Below the pieces are notes generated by a model. That model ran no database searches. It saw nothing but the letters and a program-made list of their open reading frames with translations, and had not been told where the DNA came from. Shown here piece by piece: positions 9,284 through 19,023 of a stretch of 64,000 nt of DNA (the stretch's first letter is position 1; each line of letters starts with the position of its first letter). This stretch comes from Longimicrobiales bacterium (GTDB lineage: Bacteria; Gemmatimonadota; Gemmatimonadetes; Longimicrobiales; RSA9), in contig DATKCF010000172.1 in assembly GCA_035513345.1 (NCBI GenBank), forward strand, positions 24,043 to 88,042, written 5' to 3'. Made by a program: the position numbers and the translations under genes.

Positions 9284-10105
9284 TCAGCGACCCGCTGGTT
9301 GCGCCGCCGCGTCGGGCACGAACAGCGGACGGCCGACGCGATCGATCCCGAACTCGGCTATCAACTGCTGCGCCGCGTCGCCCGTCAGCCAGTCCGCGAA
9401 CCTCGACGCGCCTTCGGACTGCAACGCATTCGCGACGAGGATCACGGAGTATCGGTTCACCAGCCGTTCGTCGCCGCTCGACAGGATCTCCAGAGCGAGC
9501 CGATCGCGCGCGTACCGGAACGAGGCAATGTCGGTGAGCGTGTATGCTTCGCGCTCGGCCGCGATCCCGAGGGCGTCGGCCATGCCGACGCCCGCTTCCG
9601 CGTACCAGTCGCCGACCGGGTCCGTGCCGGCCGCGAGCCAGACGGAGCGCTCGCGACGGTGCGTCCCGCTGTCATCGCCGCGCGATACGAACGGCAGGCC
9701 CATGGCCGCGATCGCGGCGAACGCAACCGCAGCATCCCGCGTGCCGCGTATGCCGGCCGGATCCGATGGCGGACCGACAATGACGAACTCGTTGTGCATC
9801 ACGGCTCGCCGATCCGTGCCGTGACCGTCGTCCATGAACGCCTGTTCGTCGGCCGGGCTGTGCGCGATGATCGCGTCCACATCGCCTCGCCGGCCCAGCT
9901 CGAGCGCCTGCCCGCTGCCGACTGCCACGTACCGGATCGACCAGCCCGGATTCGCCGACTCGAATGCCGGCACGAGCACATCGAGTAGTCCGCTGTCCTC
10001 GACGGACGTGGTCGTTGCGACGTTGATCGCTTCCGGCGAACTTTCGCCTTCCGCGCATGCCGCGCAAGCCATGACCGCTACGGCCGCCACCGCGGATCGC
10101 CACAT
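9284..10105 (-). CDS. TupA-like periplasmic tungstate/oxyanion-binding lipoprotein (orphan; no permease or ATPase adjacent)
   Basis: Lipobox-like VMACAAC. TTTSVEDSGLLDVLVPAFE, NEFVIVGPPSDPAGI and SRGDDSGTH match the TupA/PBP-like-2 pattern as I recall it. Confidence 0.7.
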   Translation of the reverse strand: MWRSAVAAVAVMACAACAEGESSPEAINVATTTSVEDSGLLDVLVPAFESANPGWSIRYVAVGSGQALELGRRGDVDAIIAHSPADEQAFMDDGHGTDRRAVMHNEFVIVGPPSDPAGIRGTRDAAVAFAAIAAMGLPFVSRGDDSGTHRRERSVWLAAGTDPVGDWYAEAGVGMADALGIAAEREAYTLTDIASFRYARDRLALEILSSGDERLVNRYSVILVANALQSEGASRFADWLTGDAAQQLIAEFGIDRVGRPLFVPDAAAQPAGR

Positions 10106-10110
10106 CGGCG

Positions 10111-12285
10111 CTATCTCCTGTCGCGGCCGAGCCGAACCCTCGCATCCACTGCTATCCCGCCCGACTCGAACACGACGAAGGGATTGATATCCATCTCGAG
10201 CACTTCGGGCCGCTCGCCGACGAGCTGCGATATGCGCTGTATCACTTCGACCAGCGTGGTGGTATCCGATGGCGGCTCGCCGCGCACACCGCGCAACAGT
10301 TGCGCGCCGCGTATCGAGTCCATCATCTCGCGCGCGTCGATGTCCGATACCGGCTGCACGCAGAACACTACATCGCCAAGCGCTTCAACGTAGATTCCGC
10401 CAAGTCCGAACATCAGCACCGGTCCGAACGTCGGGTCGTGGCTCATCCCGATGATGGTTTCGCGGCCGCCCTTCACGAACTGCTCGATCTGCACGCCTTC
10501 GAGGCGGGCATCCGGCGATGCCGCACGGGCCCGTGACATTATCGAATCGAATGCCTTGCGCATCTCATCATCGTCGCGCACGTCGAGCGCAACACCGCCG
10601 ATATCCGTCTTGTGGACGATGTCGGGCGAAACGATCTTCGCCGCCACCGGATAGCCGACATCCCGCGCCGCCGCTACCGCCTCGTCCGCCGTGCCGGCCG
10701 GGCGCGTCGCGATCACCGGAATGCCGTATGCCGCGAGCAGCGCCTGCGCCGCGCTTGCCGGCAGGTAACCGTCGGGTCCGGGCGCGGCCGACAGTGCCCG
10801 CTCCGCCGCGTTCGCGTGGACGTCGAACTCGCGGACCGTGCCGATCGGCCTGCTGAGCCACTTGCGCTGGCGGTTCAATGCGGCGAGCGCACGGGCCGCG
10901 GATTCCGGGAATATGTAGGCCGGGATGCCGGCTTCGCTCAGTTCGGCCCGACCCTGTGGCAGACCCTCACGTCCCATGAGCACAGCCAGAAGCGGCTTGC
11001 CGGGCATGGCCAGGCGAGCCTCGATGATCGCGTTGGCGACGTCGAGCTGGCGAACTCCGAGCGGCGGCACGAAAGCGGCAATCGCAGAACTGACATTCGG
11101 ATCGCCCAGCACGGTCTCGAGCGCGATGCGGTAGTTCTCGGCCGTTGCCGTCGCGATCATGTCGACGGGGTTCCGCACACTCGCTTCCTCGGGCAGGTCA
11201 CGACGCAACTTCGCCTGCGTCTCCGCTGACAGTTCGACAACCCTGAGGCCGGCCGCTTCGCACGCATCCGTGATGATGATGCCGGGCCCGCCTGCGTTCG
11301 TGACGATCGCGACCGTTTCGTCGACGGGCGGAGTGAGATGGCTGAACGCGACTGCGAGGTCGAACAGCTCCTCGAGCCGGTCGACTCGTATGACGCCGCA
11401 TTGCGCGAGCAGCGCGTCAGTCGCTGTATCCAGACCCGCCAGCGCACCGGTATGCGACGACGCGGCCCGCGCACCCGCCGCCGTTCGTCCCGCCTTCACC
11501 ACGAGGATCGGCTTCGAGCGCGTCACACGGCGAGCGATCTTCGTGAACTTCCTCGGGTTCCCGAAGCTCTCGAGGTAGAGCAGGATCACGCCGGTTCCCT
11601 CGTCGTGCTCCCAGTACTCGATCAAATCGTTGCCGCTCACGTCCGCCTTGTTGCCGACGGATACGAAGTGGTGAATGCCGATCCCGAACTCGGCCGCATA
11701 GTCGAGGATCGTCACGCCCATTGCGCCCGACTGGCTCATGAAGCTCACGTTGCCGGGTGGCGGCATGCTGGGCGCGAACGTCGCGTTCATCATGACGTCC
11801 GCGCTCGTGCTGACAACGCCCAGACAGTTCGGGCCGACAATGCGCATTCCGTGGCGCCGCGTGACCGCCAGCAGTCGATTCTCCCTTTCGATACCCTCGC
11901 CACCGACTTCCTTGAAGCCGGCCGATATCACGATCACCGCCTTGACACCGCACGCCGCGCATTCCTCGGTCACAGCCTCGACATGTCCCTTCGGAACTGC
12001 GATCACGGCCAGATCGATGTCGGCCCGGATCGCGCCGACTGACGCGAACGCCGGTACGCCGTGAACCGCCCTCGCCTTCGGATTGACCGGATAGATCGCA
12101 CCCGTGTATCCGTGGCGGAGCAGGTTGTCGATGATCATCCAACCGATCGTGGCCGGTGTGCGGCTGGCGCCGACGACTGCAATCGATGCCGGCTGGAAGA
12201 ACGGGTCGAGCGTGCTGGACAAGGTCGGCTCTGTTGTCAGGGGTTCAGTCGATGGGTTCGACCAGGATCGTGCCGCATATCTCAC
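10111..12285 (-). CDS. ADP-forming acyl-CoA synthetase (acetate--CoA ligase family; CoA-binding + ligase + ATP-grasp domains), paralog 1
   Basis: PASIAVVGASRTPATIGWMIIDNLLRHGYTGAIYPVNPKA (CoA-binding), SSHTGALAG (phosphohistidine loop), C-terminal ATP-grasp (KIVSPDIVHKTDIGGV). The annotated start overlaps the DtxR gene by 41 nt; an in-frame TTG at 12222 would remove the overlap. Confidence 0.85.
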   Translation of the reverse strand: MRYAARSWSNPSTEPLTTEPTLSSTLDPFFQPASIAVVGASRTPATIGWMIIDNLLRHGYTGAIYPVNPKARAVHGVPAFASVGAIRADIDLAVIAVPKGHVEAVTEECAACGVKAVIVISAGFKEVGGEGIERENRLLAVTRRHGMRIVGPNCLGVVSTSADVMMNATFAPSMPPPGNVSFMSQSGAMGVTILDYAAEFGIGIHHFVSVGNKADVSGNDLIEYWEHDEGTGVILLYLESFGNPRKFTKIARRVTRSKPILVVKAGRTAAGARAASSHTGALAGLDTATDALLAQCGVIRVDRLEELFDLAVAFSHLTPPVDETVAIVTNAGGPGIIITDACEAAGLRVVELSAETQAKLRRDLPEEASVRNPVDMIATATAENYRIALETVLGDPNVSSAIAAFVPPLGVRQLDVANAIIEARLAMPGKPLLAVLMGREGLPQGRAELSEAGIPAYIFPESAARALAALNRQRKWLSRPIGTVREFDVHANAAERALSAAPGPDGYLPASAAQALLAAYGIPVIATRPAGTADEAVAAARDVGYPVAAKIVSPDIVHKTDIGGVALDVRDDDEMRKAFDSIMSRARAASPDARLEGVQIEQFVKGGRETIIGMSHDPTFGPVLMFGLGGIYVEALGDVVFCVQPVSDIDAREMMDSIRGAQLLRGVRGEPPSDTTTLVEVIQRISQLVGERPEVLEMDINPFVVFESGGIAVDARVRLGRDRR

Positions 12286-12901
12286 GGCCGAGCATGTGCG
12301 AACGTTTGCCGACGCGAACGGTCAGTGGCCCGTTGAACGGCGCCCGCTCGATCACAGCGATGTCAGCGCCGGGCGTCAGGCCGAGTTCGGCAAGATACCG
12401 GAGCGCATCCGGATCGGCATCGCGGACACGGCGCAGTACAGCCGACCGGCCGGCATCCAGATCGGCCAGCACAGGCCAGCTCGCCGCGCGCAACCGTCCG
12501 TCAGCCGCCGGGATCGGCGAGCCGTGCGGGTCCGTGAGCGGCTCGCCCAGCAGCTTGGCCATCCGGTCGACCAGGTCGTCCGACGCGGCATGCTCGAGTC
12601 GCTCGGCCTCGTCATGCACCCGGTCCCACGTGTAGCTCATCACCTCGACGAGGAACAGCTCGATCACGCGGTGCCGCCGGATCAGACGAAGTGCGCTGCT
12701 GCGACCCTCCGGAGTCAGCGTCGCGCCACGGTAGCGGACGTGTTCGACCAGGCCCTGCTCCGACAGTCGCTTCAGCATGCCTGTGACCGAACCGGCCGCG
12801 ACGGCGAGCCGCTCGGCGATCGCCGATGTGCTCACTGGCCCGTCGCTTTCGCCGAGCTGGTAGATCGCCTTGAGATAGTCTTCGACAGCCGGCGTGGTCA
12901 T
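12245..12901 (-). CDS. DtxR/MntR family metal-dependent transcriptional regulator with C-terminal FeoA/SH3-like domain
   Basis: MTTPAVEDYLKAIYQLGESDGPVSTSAIAERLAVAAGSVTGMLKRLSEQGLVEHVRYRGATLTPEG is canonical DtxR N-terminus. AAGGA 6 nt upstream of ATG 12901. Confidence 0.88.
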   Translation of the reverse strand: MTTPAVEDYLKAIYQLGESDGPVSTSAIAERLAVAAGSVTGMLKRLSEQGLVEHVRYRGATLTPEGRSSALRLIRRHRVIELFLVEVMSYTWDRVHDEAERLEHAASDDLVDRMAKLLGEPLTDPHGSPIPAADGRLRAASWPVLADLDAGRSAVLRRVRDADPDALRYLAELGLTPGADIAVIERAPFNGPLTVRVGKRSHMLGREICGTILVEPID

Positions 12902-12954
12902 GCGTTTCCTTCGCTGCGGCCCGCTTCGCCGGTCATGGAGCGCGGACCCGGGCG

Positions 12955-12969
12955 TGGCACCAAACATGC
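12955..12969 (+). promoter_or_regulatory. Candidate sigma-54 promoter (TGGCAC-N5-ATGC) upstream of the enoyl-CoA hydratase operon
   Basis: TGGCACcaaacATGC has correct GG-N10-GC spacing and a perfect -24 element; the -12 element has A instead of T. It lies in the intergenic region about 140 nt before ATG 13106. Confidence 0.3.
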
Positions 12970-13105
12970 CTGCGCCAACATGGCCGTGCAACCCGGCCAT
13001 GCTCCCGCTTGCAGCGCGTGCCGGTGAAGGGTCAACTTGCGTGGCATCTCTGCGCCGCGTCCGGATGACGTGGCGCCATTGCTCCGGACGGAATGGAATA
13101 CGTGC

Positions 13106-13903
13106 ATGAGCGACCCGACGGCCGAGTCACCGATCCTCCACGACGCCTCCGATCGCGTTTCCCGGATCACGCTCAATCGGCCGGCCCGTCTCAACGCAGT
13201 CGGCCCGGGTCTCTATCGCGCACTCTCGGACGCGATCGCCACGGCGGAGCGTGACGATGCCGTGCGTGCTCTCGTCCTGACGGGCCAGGGGCGCGCCTTC
13301 TGCGCGGGCGCCGACCTCAAGGCGCACGCGGAATCGACAATGACACGCGCAGACCGACGCGACTACGCGCGGGCCGCGCAACGCGCGAACCTCGCATTGC
13401 AGCGGTGCGCAAAGCCTGTAGTCGCCGCTGTCAACGGCGCCGCCGTTGGAGCCGGCCTCGAGCTTGCCCTTTCCTGCGATTTCATTGTCGTATCGGAGGA
13501 CGCCAGGCTCAGACTGCCCGAGGTCTCGCTGGCCACGTTCCCCGGCGGCGCCGTGATGCACACACTGCCCGAACGTGTCGGCGCGGGAAAGGCTCGAGAG
13601 ATCATCCTGCTCGGCGATTTCTTCTCCGGGCGTGACGCGCTCGAGATGGGGCTCGCCTGCCGCGCCGTGCCCACTGCAGACGTCATGGCGGAAGCGTGCG
13701 CGCTTGCCGGTCGGCTGGCCGCGCAGGCGCCGCTGTCGATGTTGCTCGCTCGGCGGCTCCTGCGCAGAGCACCTCGCATGCGCCGGCGTCAGGTCATGGC
13801 TGCGGAGGCCGGTGCGCTCGAGCGATGCATGGCAACGGAAGACTGGCGTGAAGGCGTGATGGCGGCCCGCGAGAAGCGCACACCGTCGTACACCGACCGA
13901 TGA
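13106..13903 (+). CDS. Enoyl-CoA hydratase/isomerase (crotonase) family protein
   Basis: RITLNRPARLNAVGPGLYRALSDAIATAERDDAVRALVLTGQGRAFCAGADLKAH is the crotonase oxyanion-hole region. Confidence 0.85.
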   Translation: MSDPTAESPILHDASDRVSRITLNRPARLNAVGPGLYRALSDAIATAERDDAVRALVLTGQGRAFCAGADLKAHAESTMTRADRRDYARAAQRANLALQRCAKPVVAAVNGAAVGAGLELALSCDFIVVSEDARLRLPEVSLATFPGGAVMHTLPERVGAGKAREIILLGDFFSGRDALEMGLACRAVPTADVMAEACALAGRLAAQAPLSMLLARRLLRRAPRMRRRQVMAAEAGALERCMATEDWREGVMAAREKRTPSYTDR

Positions 13904-16185
13904 TTCCCGAACCCGCGGACGCTCTTCAGGAGGAGAGGACGGCGGGCGGCGGCCTGAGACCGATCCTCGACCCGTCGTCGATCGCGATCATCGGCGCGTC
14001 GGCCGACCCCACAAAACGCGGACACCAGGCGCTACGTGCCCTGCTCGAGAGCGGGTTCCGCGGTCGTATCGTGCCGGTTCACCCGGCTGGCGGTGAACTC
14101 CTCGGCCTGCCCGTCATCCGTTCGCCGGCCGAACTCGATTCGCCACCCGACCTGATCCTCGTCTGCACTCCCGCATCGGGCGTGCCCGGCGTGCTCGAGG
14201 AATGGGGCCGGGCGGGCGCACGCGGCGCGGTCGTGCTGGCGTCCGGGTTCCGCGAGACCGGCGAAGCCGGCGCGTCACTCGAAGGTGCGATCCGTCGCGT
14301 AACGGCCGAGACCGGGATCCGCGTTATCGGGCCCAACACGTCCGGCATCCTCAATGTACCGCTCGGCCTGAACCTGATCGGTATCCGCGGCGTGCGCGCG
14401 GGCTCGCTCGCGCTGCTCGTGCAGAGCGGCAACATCACTCTGCAACTCGTGACCGAGGCCATGTCGCGGACCGGGCAGGGGTTCACGTACTGTATCGGCG
14501 TCGGCAACAAGATCGACATCGGGTTCAGCGAGTACATCGCGTTCCTCGGCGCCGATCCGGCGACACGCGCGATCATGATGCACGTCGAGGGGTTCCGCAA
14601 CGGCAGCGCGTTCCTCGAAACCGCGCGCACGGTTTCGCCCGACAAGCCGATCGTGCTGCTCAAGGCCGCACGGACCAGGGCGGGCGGCGAAGCCGCGAGA
14701 TCGCACACGGGCGTGATGGCCGGCTCGTACGACGTTCTGCGCGCCGGACTCCGTCAGGCTGGCGTCGTCGAGGTACATCGGACCGACGAGTTGCTGCACG
14801 TCGCCGAAACCCTCGCGACACAGCCGCCGGTCGAGCCCGGCCGCGGCATTGTCCTGCTGTCGGACGGCGGTGGCCATGCGACCATCGCTGTCGACGCACT
14901 GCACGACCGCGCCGCGCCACTGGCCGAACTCGGCACGGCAACCCGCAATGCGCTCCGTGCACTGCTCGGCACCGGCGCCGCCATCGCCAACCCGATCGAT
15001 CTCGCCGGCGCCGCCGACCGCTCACCGACCGTATTCGCCCGAACACTGCGCATCCTCGCCGACGACCCGAATGTCGGCGCGGTCCTCGTCGTCGGCCTCT
15101 TCGGCGGCTACGCGATCCGCTTCGCCGAGTCGCTGCTCCACGCGGAGAACGACGCCGCCGCCGAGATGGCGGAAATCGCAGCGCAGAGCGGAACCGCGCT
15201 CGTCGTACACTCGCTCTACGCTCGACACCGGTCTGAACCGTTGCGCGCATTGACCGATGCTGGCGTGCCGGTCGTCGAATCGCTCGATGTCGCATGCGCG
15301 TGCATCGCAGCACTCACCGATCGCGGTGCGACGTTGCGCCGCCTGGCCGACACGCCCAATGCATGGGCCATGGGCGCGCGCAGGCTCGAAGAAAAGATAC
15401 GGCTGGGCAACTCGAGCCTGCCCATACCCGGCCTCCGCCCCGACGCCACCGTCGGCGCGGAAGTCACGCGCGCAATCGGCGCCGCACGGGCCGAGCGACG
15501 GGCCACGCTGCTCGAGACCGAGACGCGCGCGATCCTGGCCGCGTTCGGCGCACCGCTCGTGCCCGCCACGTTCTGCGCGAACGCGGGCGCCGCCGCACGG
15601 GCGGCAGACGACGCACAGACGCCGGTCGCCGTACGCGTGATCTCGCCATCCGTGCCTCACAAGACGGAGGCAGGCGGCGTCATGCTCGGCATCGAGGGCA
15701 GACAAGCCGCCGCGGCCGCTTTCGAAAAGATCGTCGATTCGGTGCGACGCTTCACCCGCGAGCGCGACCTGCCCGACGATGTGCGCGGCGTCCTCGTTTC
15801 ACCCATGCAGCCACACCCCGTCGCTCAGCTCATCGTCGGCGTCATCCGCGATCCGATGTTCGGACCAGTCCTCACTGTCGGCGCGGGCGGAACCGCGGTC
15901 GAGGTGCTGCGTGACGTGTCGCTCCGCGTGCTGCCCGTCACCGCCGACGAGGTCCGCTCGATGCTCGCGGAGCTGCGCGTTGGGCCCGTGCTCCACGGCA
16001 TCCGCGGCAAGCCGGGCGCCGACATCCCGGCAATCGTCGATGCGGCCCTGGCCGTCGCTGCGGCCGCCTTCGAGAATGAGTCCATCGCCGAAATCGAGGT
16101 CAACCCGTTGTTCGCATGGCCTCATGGGTGTCTGGCGCTGGACTCGAGAGCGTATCTGAGCCACGGACCGGACACGGCACTTTGA
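13900..16185 (+). CDS. ADP-forming acyl-CoA synthetase (acetate--CoA ligase family), paralog 2
   Basis: PSSIAIIGASADPTKRGHQALRALLESGFRGRIVPVHPAG, ARSHTGVMAG, C-terminal ATP-grasp (RVISPSVPHKTEAGGV). ATGA overlap with the upstream stop. Confidence 0.85.
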   Translation: MIPEPADALQEERTAGGGLRPILDPSSIAIIGASADPTKRGHQALRALLESGFRGRIVPVHPAGGELLGLPVIRSPAELDSPPDLILVCTPASGVPGVLEEWGRAGARGAVVLASGFRETGEAGASLEGAIRRVTAETGIRVIGPNTSGILNVPLGLNLIGIRGVRAGSLALLVQSGNITLQLVTEAMSRTGQGFTYCIGVGNKIDIGFSEYIAFLGADPATRAIMMHVEGFRNGSAFLETARTVSPDKPIVLLKAARTRAGGEAARSHTGVMAGSYDVLRAGLRQAGVVEVHRTDELLHVAETLATQPPVEPGRGIVLLSDGGGHATIAVDALHDRAAPLAELGTATRNALRALLGTGAAIANPIDLAGAADRSPTVFARTLRILADDPNVGAVLVVGLFGGYAIRFAESLLHAENDAAAEMAEIAAQSGTALVVHSLYARHRSEPLRALTDAGVPVVESLDVACACIAALTDRGATLRRLADTPNAWAMGARRLEEKIRLGNSSLPIPGLRPDATVGAEVTRAIGAARAERRATLLETETRAILAAFGAPLVPATFCANAGAAARAADDAQTPVAVRVISPSVPHKTEAGGVMLGIEGRQAAAAAFEKIVDSVRRFTRERDLPDDVRGVLVSPMQPHPVAQLIVGVIRDPMFGPVLTVGAGGTAVEVLRDVSLRVLPVTADEVRSMLAELRVGPVLHGIRGKPGADIPAIVDAALAVAAAAFENESIAEIEVNPLFAWPHGCLALDSRAYLSHGPDTAL

Positions 16186-16216
16186 ACAGCGCGATCATGA
16201 TGGTACTCTTCCAGCC

Positions 16217-17929
16217 ATGATCCCAGGTAATGGCAGCGATCTCGTCGATCTGATCCGGTCCTCGATCATTGGCGAGGGCGAAGCGGTCTGCGGCCCGTTC
16301 GGGCCGCGGAGGGTGACGTACGCGGACTACACGGCGTCCGGCCAGTCGCTTTCGTTCATCGAGGACTACATCCGCGATGCGGTCCTGCCACTCTACGCGA
16401 ACACCCACACGGAAAGCTCGGGCACCGGCCTTCAGACCACGCGGTTCCGGGAGGAAGCCAGGCAGCTGATCCGCGAATCGGTCGGCGGGACAAAGGACCG
16501 GCACGCGGTGATCTTCTGCGGATCCGGCTCGACCGGTGCGATCGATCGCATGATCGGGATCCTGAACATCCGGATCCCCCACGACCTCGACGTGCAGTAC
16601 AACCTGAGCGACTGCGTTCCGCGCGAGGAACGGCCGGTCGTTTTCGTCGGGCCGTACGAGCACCATTCCAACGAGCTGCCGTGGCGCGAGTCCATTGCCG
16701 ATGTCGTCACGATCCACGAGGATCTCAGCGGCGGCATCGACCTCGGCCATCTCGAGGACGAACTGAAGCGCTACGCGGACCGCCCGCTCCGCATTGGCAG
16801 CTTCTCCGCCGCGTCCAACGTCACCGGCATCGTCTCCGACACCCGCGGCATATCCGTGTTGCTGCACAGGTACGGCGCCCTCTCGTTCTGGGATTTCGCC
16901 GCCGCGGCGCCGTACGTTCGCATCGAGATGGGTCCAGGCGGCGACAATGGCGCTGACGCCCTCGACTACATGGACGCCGTATTCATCTCGCCGCACAAGC
17001 TCATCGGCGGGCCCGGCACCCCCGGTGTGCTCGTCGCGCGCCGCGAACTCTTCCGCAACACCGTTCCCTGTGTCCCGGGCGGCGGCACCGTGTCGTACGT
17101 CAATCCGGAAGGCCATCGGTACCTGACGGACCCCGAACACCGAGAGGAGGGCGGCACGCCGGCGATTGTCGAATCGATCCGCGCCGGTCTCGTATTCCTG
17201 GTCAAGGCGGCCGTCGGAGAGGACCGGATCAGGGAGCGCGAGGAATCGTTCATCCGGCGGGCGATCGCGTCATGGAAACAGAATCCGGATCTCGAGATCC
17301 TCGGCAATTGCGAGGCGGACCGGCTTTCGATCGTCTCGTTCGTCGTTCGTCATGACGGGCAGTACCTGCACCACAACTTCGTCGTCGCGCTGCTCAACGA
17401 CCTGTTCGGTATCCAGTCGCGCGGCGGCTGCTCCTGCGCCGGCCCGTACGGTCATCGTCTGCTCGGCATCGACATCGAGCGGTCCCACGAATTCGAACGC
17501 GAAATCGCCCGCGGCTGCGAAGGCATCAAACCCGGCTGGGTCCGCGTCAACTTCAACTACTTCATCTCCGACGTCGTCTTCGACTACATCCTCGAAGCCG
17601 TCCACACCGTAGCCAACGAGGGCTGGAAGCTGCTCGACGAGTACACGTTCGATGCGCACGCAGGCCTCTGGAGACACCGCGCGGGGACTGTCGAGCCGCC
17701 CATGAGCCTGCGCGACATCCGGTTCGGGCCGAATGGCCTCGTGTACGATCGCGTGCGACGACACGTTCCCGAGACCGCGCTCGCCGAGTACCTGACCGAC
17801 GCCCGCCGTATCCTCGACGAAGCAAGGCCGCACCCCGCGCGCTTCGATCGGGCCGACCTCACCGCGGACTTCGAACACCTGCGCTGGTTCCCGTTGCCCG
17901 GCGAAGTACACTCGCCAGTGGCGGACTGA
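16217..17929 (+). CDS. Class V-fold PLP-dependent aminotransferase/desulfurase-like enzyme (long, 570 aa)
   Basis: YADYTASGQSLSFIEDYIRDAVLPLYANTHTE and the PLP-lysine motif FISPHKLIGGPGTPGVLV. Confidence 0.8.
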   Translation: MIPGNGSDLVDLIRSSIIGEGEAVCGPFGPRRVTYADYTASGQSLSFIEDYIRDAVLPLYANTHTESSGTGLQTTRFREEARQLIRESVGGTKDRHAVIFCGSGSTGAIDRMIGILNIRIPHDLDVQYNLSDCVPREERPVVFVGPYEHHSNELPWRESIADVVTIHEDLSGGIDLGHLEDELKRYADRPLRIGSFSAASNVTGIVSDTRGISVLLHRYGALSFWDFAAAAPYVRIEMGPGGDNGADALDYMDAVFISPHKLIGGPGTPGVLVARRELFRNTVPCVPGGGTVSYVNPEGHRYLTDPEHREEGGTPAIVESIRAGLVFLVKAAVGEDRIREREESFIRRAIASWKQNPDLEILGNCEADRLSIVSFVVRHDGQYLHHNFVVALLNDLFGIQSRGGCSCAGPYGHRLLGIDIERSHEFEREIARGCEGIKPGWVRVNFNYFISDVVFDYILEAVHTVANEGWKLLDEYTFDAHAGLWRHRAGTVEPPMSLRDIRFGPNGLVYDRVRRHVPETALAEYLTDARRILDEARPHPARFDRADLTADFEHLRWFPLPGEVHSPVAD

Positions 17930-18002
17930 CTTCGACAAGCGGCACTTCGCAGGAACCTGAAGCCGGATCGCACGAACCGTGGCGGCCCGCGCACGTCGAG
18001 AC

Positions 18003-18995
18003 CTACTGCTCCGGCTGGCTGCCCGTCGTGGATTGTCCGGCCGGACCGGTCCGTTCGACCCATGCCCGCGCGCTGTCGTGCAACGGCACCGGCGAGGCGA
18101 ACAGGTTCGTGAGACGGATCTGACCGGCGATCTCGACCGCTTCCCGCAACGCATCCGCGTCCTCGGCCAGGATGTCCAGAACGTGACCGACAACATCGTC
18201 ATCGAGATCATCCAGCGCTACGATCCAGTTCAGCACCGACACCGTCGGGACCGCCGCGTCGACGCCCGGATAGACGCCCGCCGGGATCGTGGCGCTCGAG
18301 TAGTATGGCCATGTCTCCGTCATCTGCTCGATGCGCGGGCCGTCGATCGGCACCAGCCGGATGCGGCCGGTCGTCATCGCCTCCAGGACCGCCGAGGCCG
18401 GATAACCGACGGACAGGATCGCCGCGTCGATCGCGCCGTCCGCCAGCGCGGATGCGGACTCCGTGAACGACAGGTAGCGCACGGCAATGTCGTCGTACGC
18501 CAGGCCGTACGCTTCGAGCAACTGACGCGAGACCTGTTCGGTTCCGCTGCCCGCGGCTCCGACCGACACGCGCATGCCGCGGAACCCGTCGATCGATGTG
18601 ATGTTCGCGCCGTCGCGCACCAGCACGTGCGTCAGGTTCGGGTAGAGCGGCGCAACCGTGCGCAGCCGCGTCTGCGGCTGCACGAAGTCCCGGCCGCCGT
18701 GGTACGCTTCATGGATCGTCGTGCCGATCGCCATCGCCAGATCGACCTCGCCGCGGACCAGCCGCTGGATGTTCTCGACGGAACCGCCCGTCACCTCGGC
18801 GGTCCACGTCCGGCCCGTGTCACGAGCCGTGAGGCGGCTGGCCAGGGCACCGCCGATCGGGTAGTACAGCCCGCCCGTGCCCGCGGTCGCGAGGCTCATG
18901 AACTGCCGGCGGGGCCCCGCGTCCCCGTTACAGCCGGCGATTGCGGTCGCGACCGCCAGCATGATGGCGAACAACCGGCAGAAGCGGCTCTTCAT
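18003..18995 (-). CDS. TAXI-family TRAP transporter solute-binding lipoprotein
   Basis: Lipobox AIAGC. LATAGTGGLYYPIGGALA and VTGGSVENIQRLVRGEVDLAM are TAXI hallmarks. Confidence 0.85.
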   Translation of the reverse strand: MKSRFCRLFAIMLAVATAIAGCNGDAGPRRQFMSLATAGTGGLYYPIGGALASRLTARDTGRTWTAEVTGGSVENIQRLVRGEVDLAMAIGTTIHEAYHGGRDFVQPQTRLRTVAPLYPNLTHVLVRDGANITSIDGFRGMRVSVGAAGSGTEQVSRQLLEAYGLAYDDIAVRYLSFTESASALADGAIDAAILSVGYPASAVLEAMTTGRIRLVPIDGPRIEQMTETWPYYSSATIPAGVYPGVDAAVPTVSVLNWIVALDDLDDDVVGHVLDILAEDADALREAVEIAGQIRLTNLFASPVPLHDSARAWVERTGPAGQSTTGSQPEQ

Positions 18996-19023
18996 CGGTT
19001 TCTGTCCTCCCTCTCGTGTCGCC

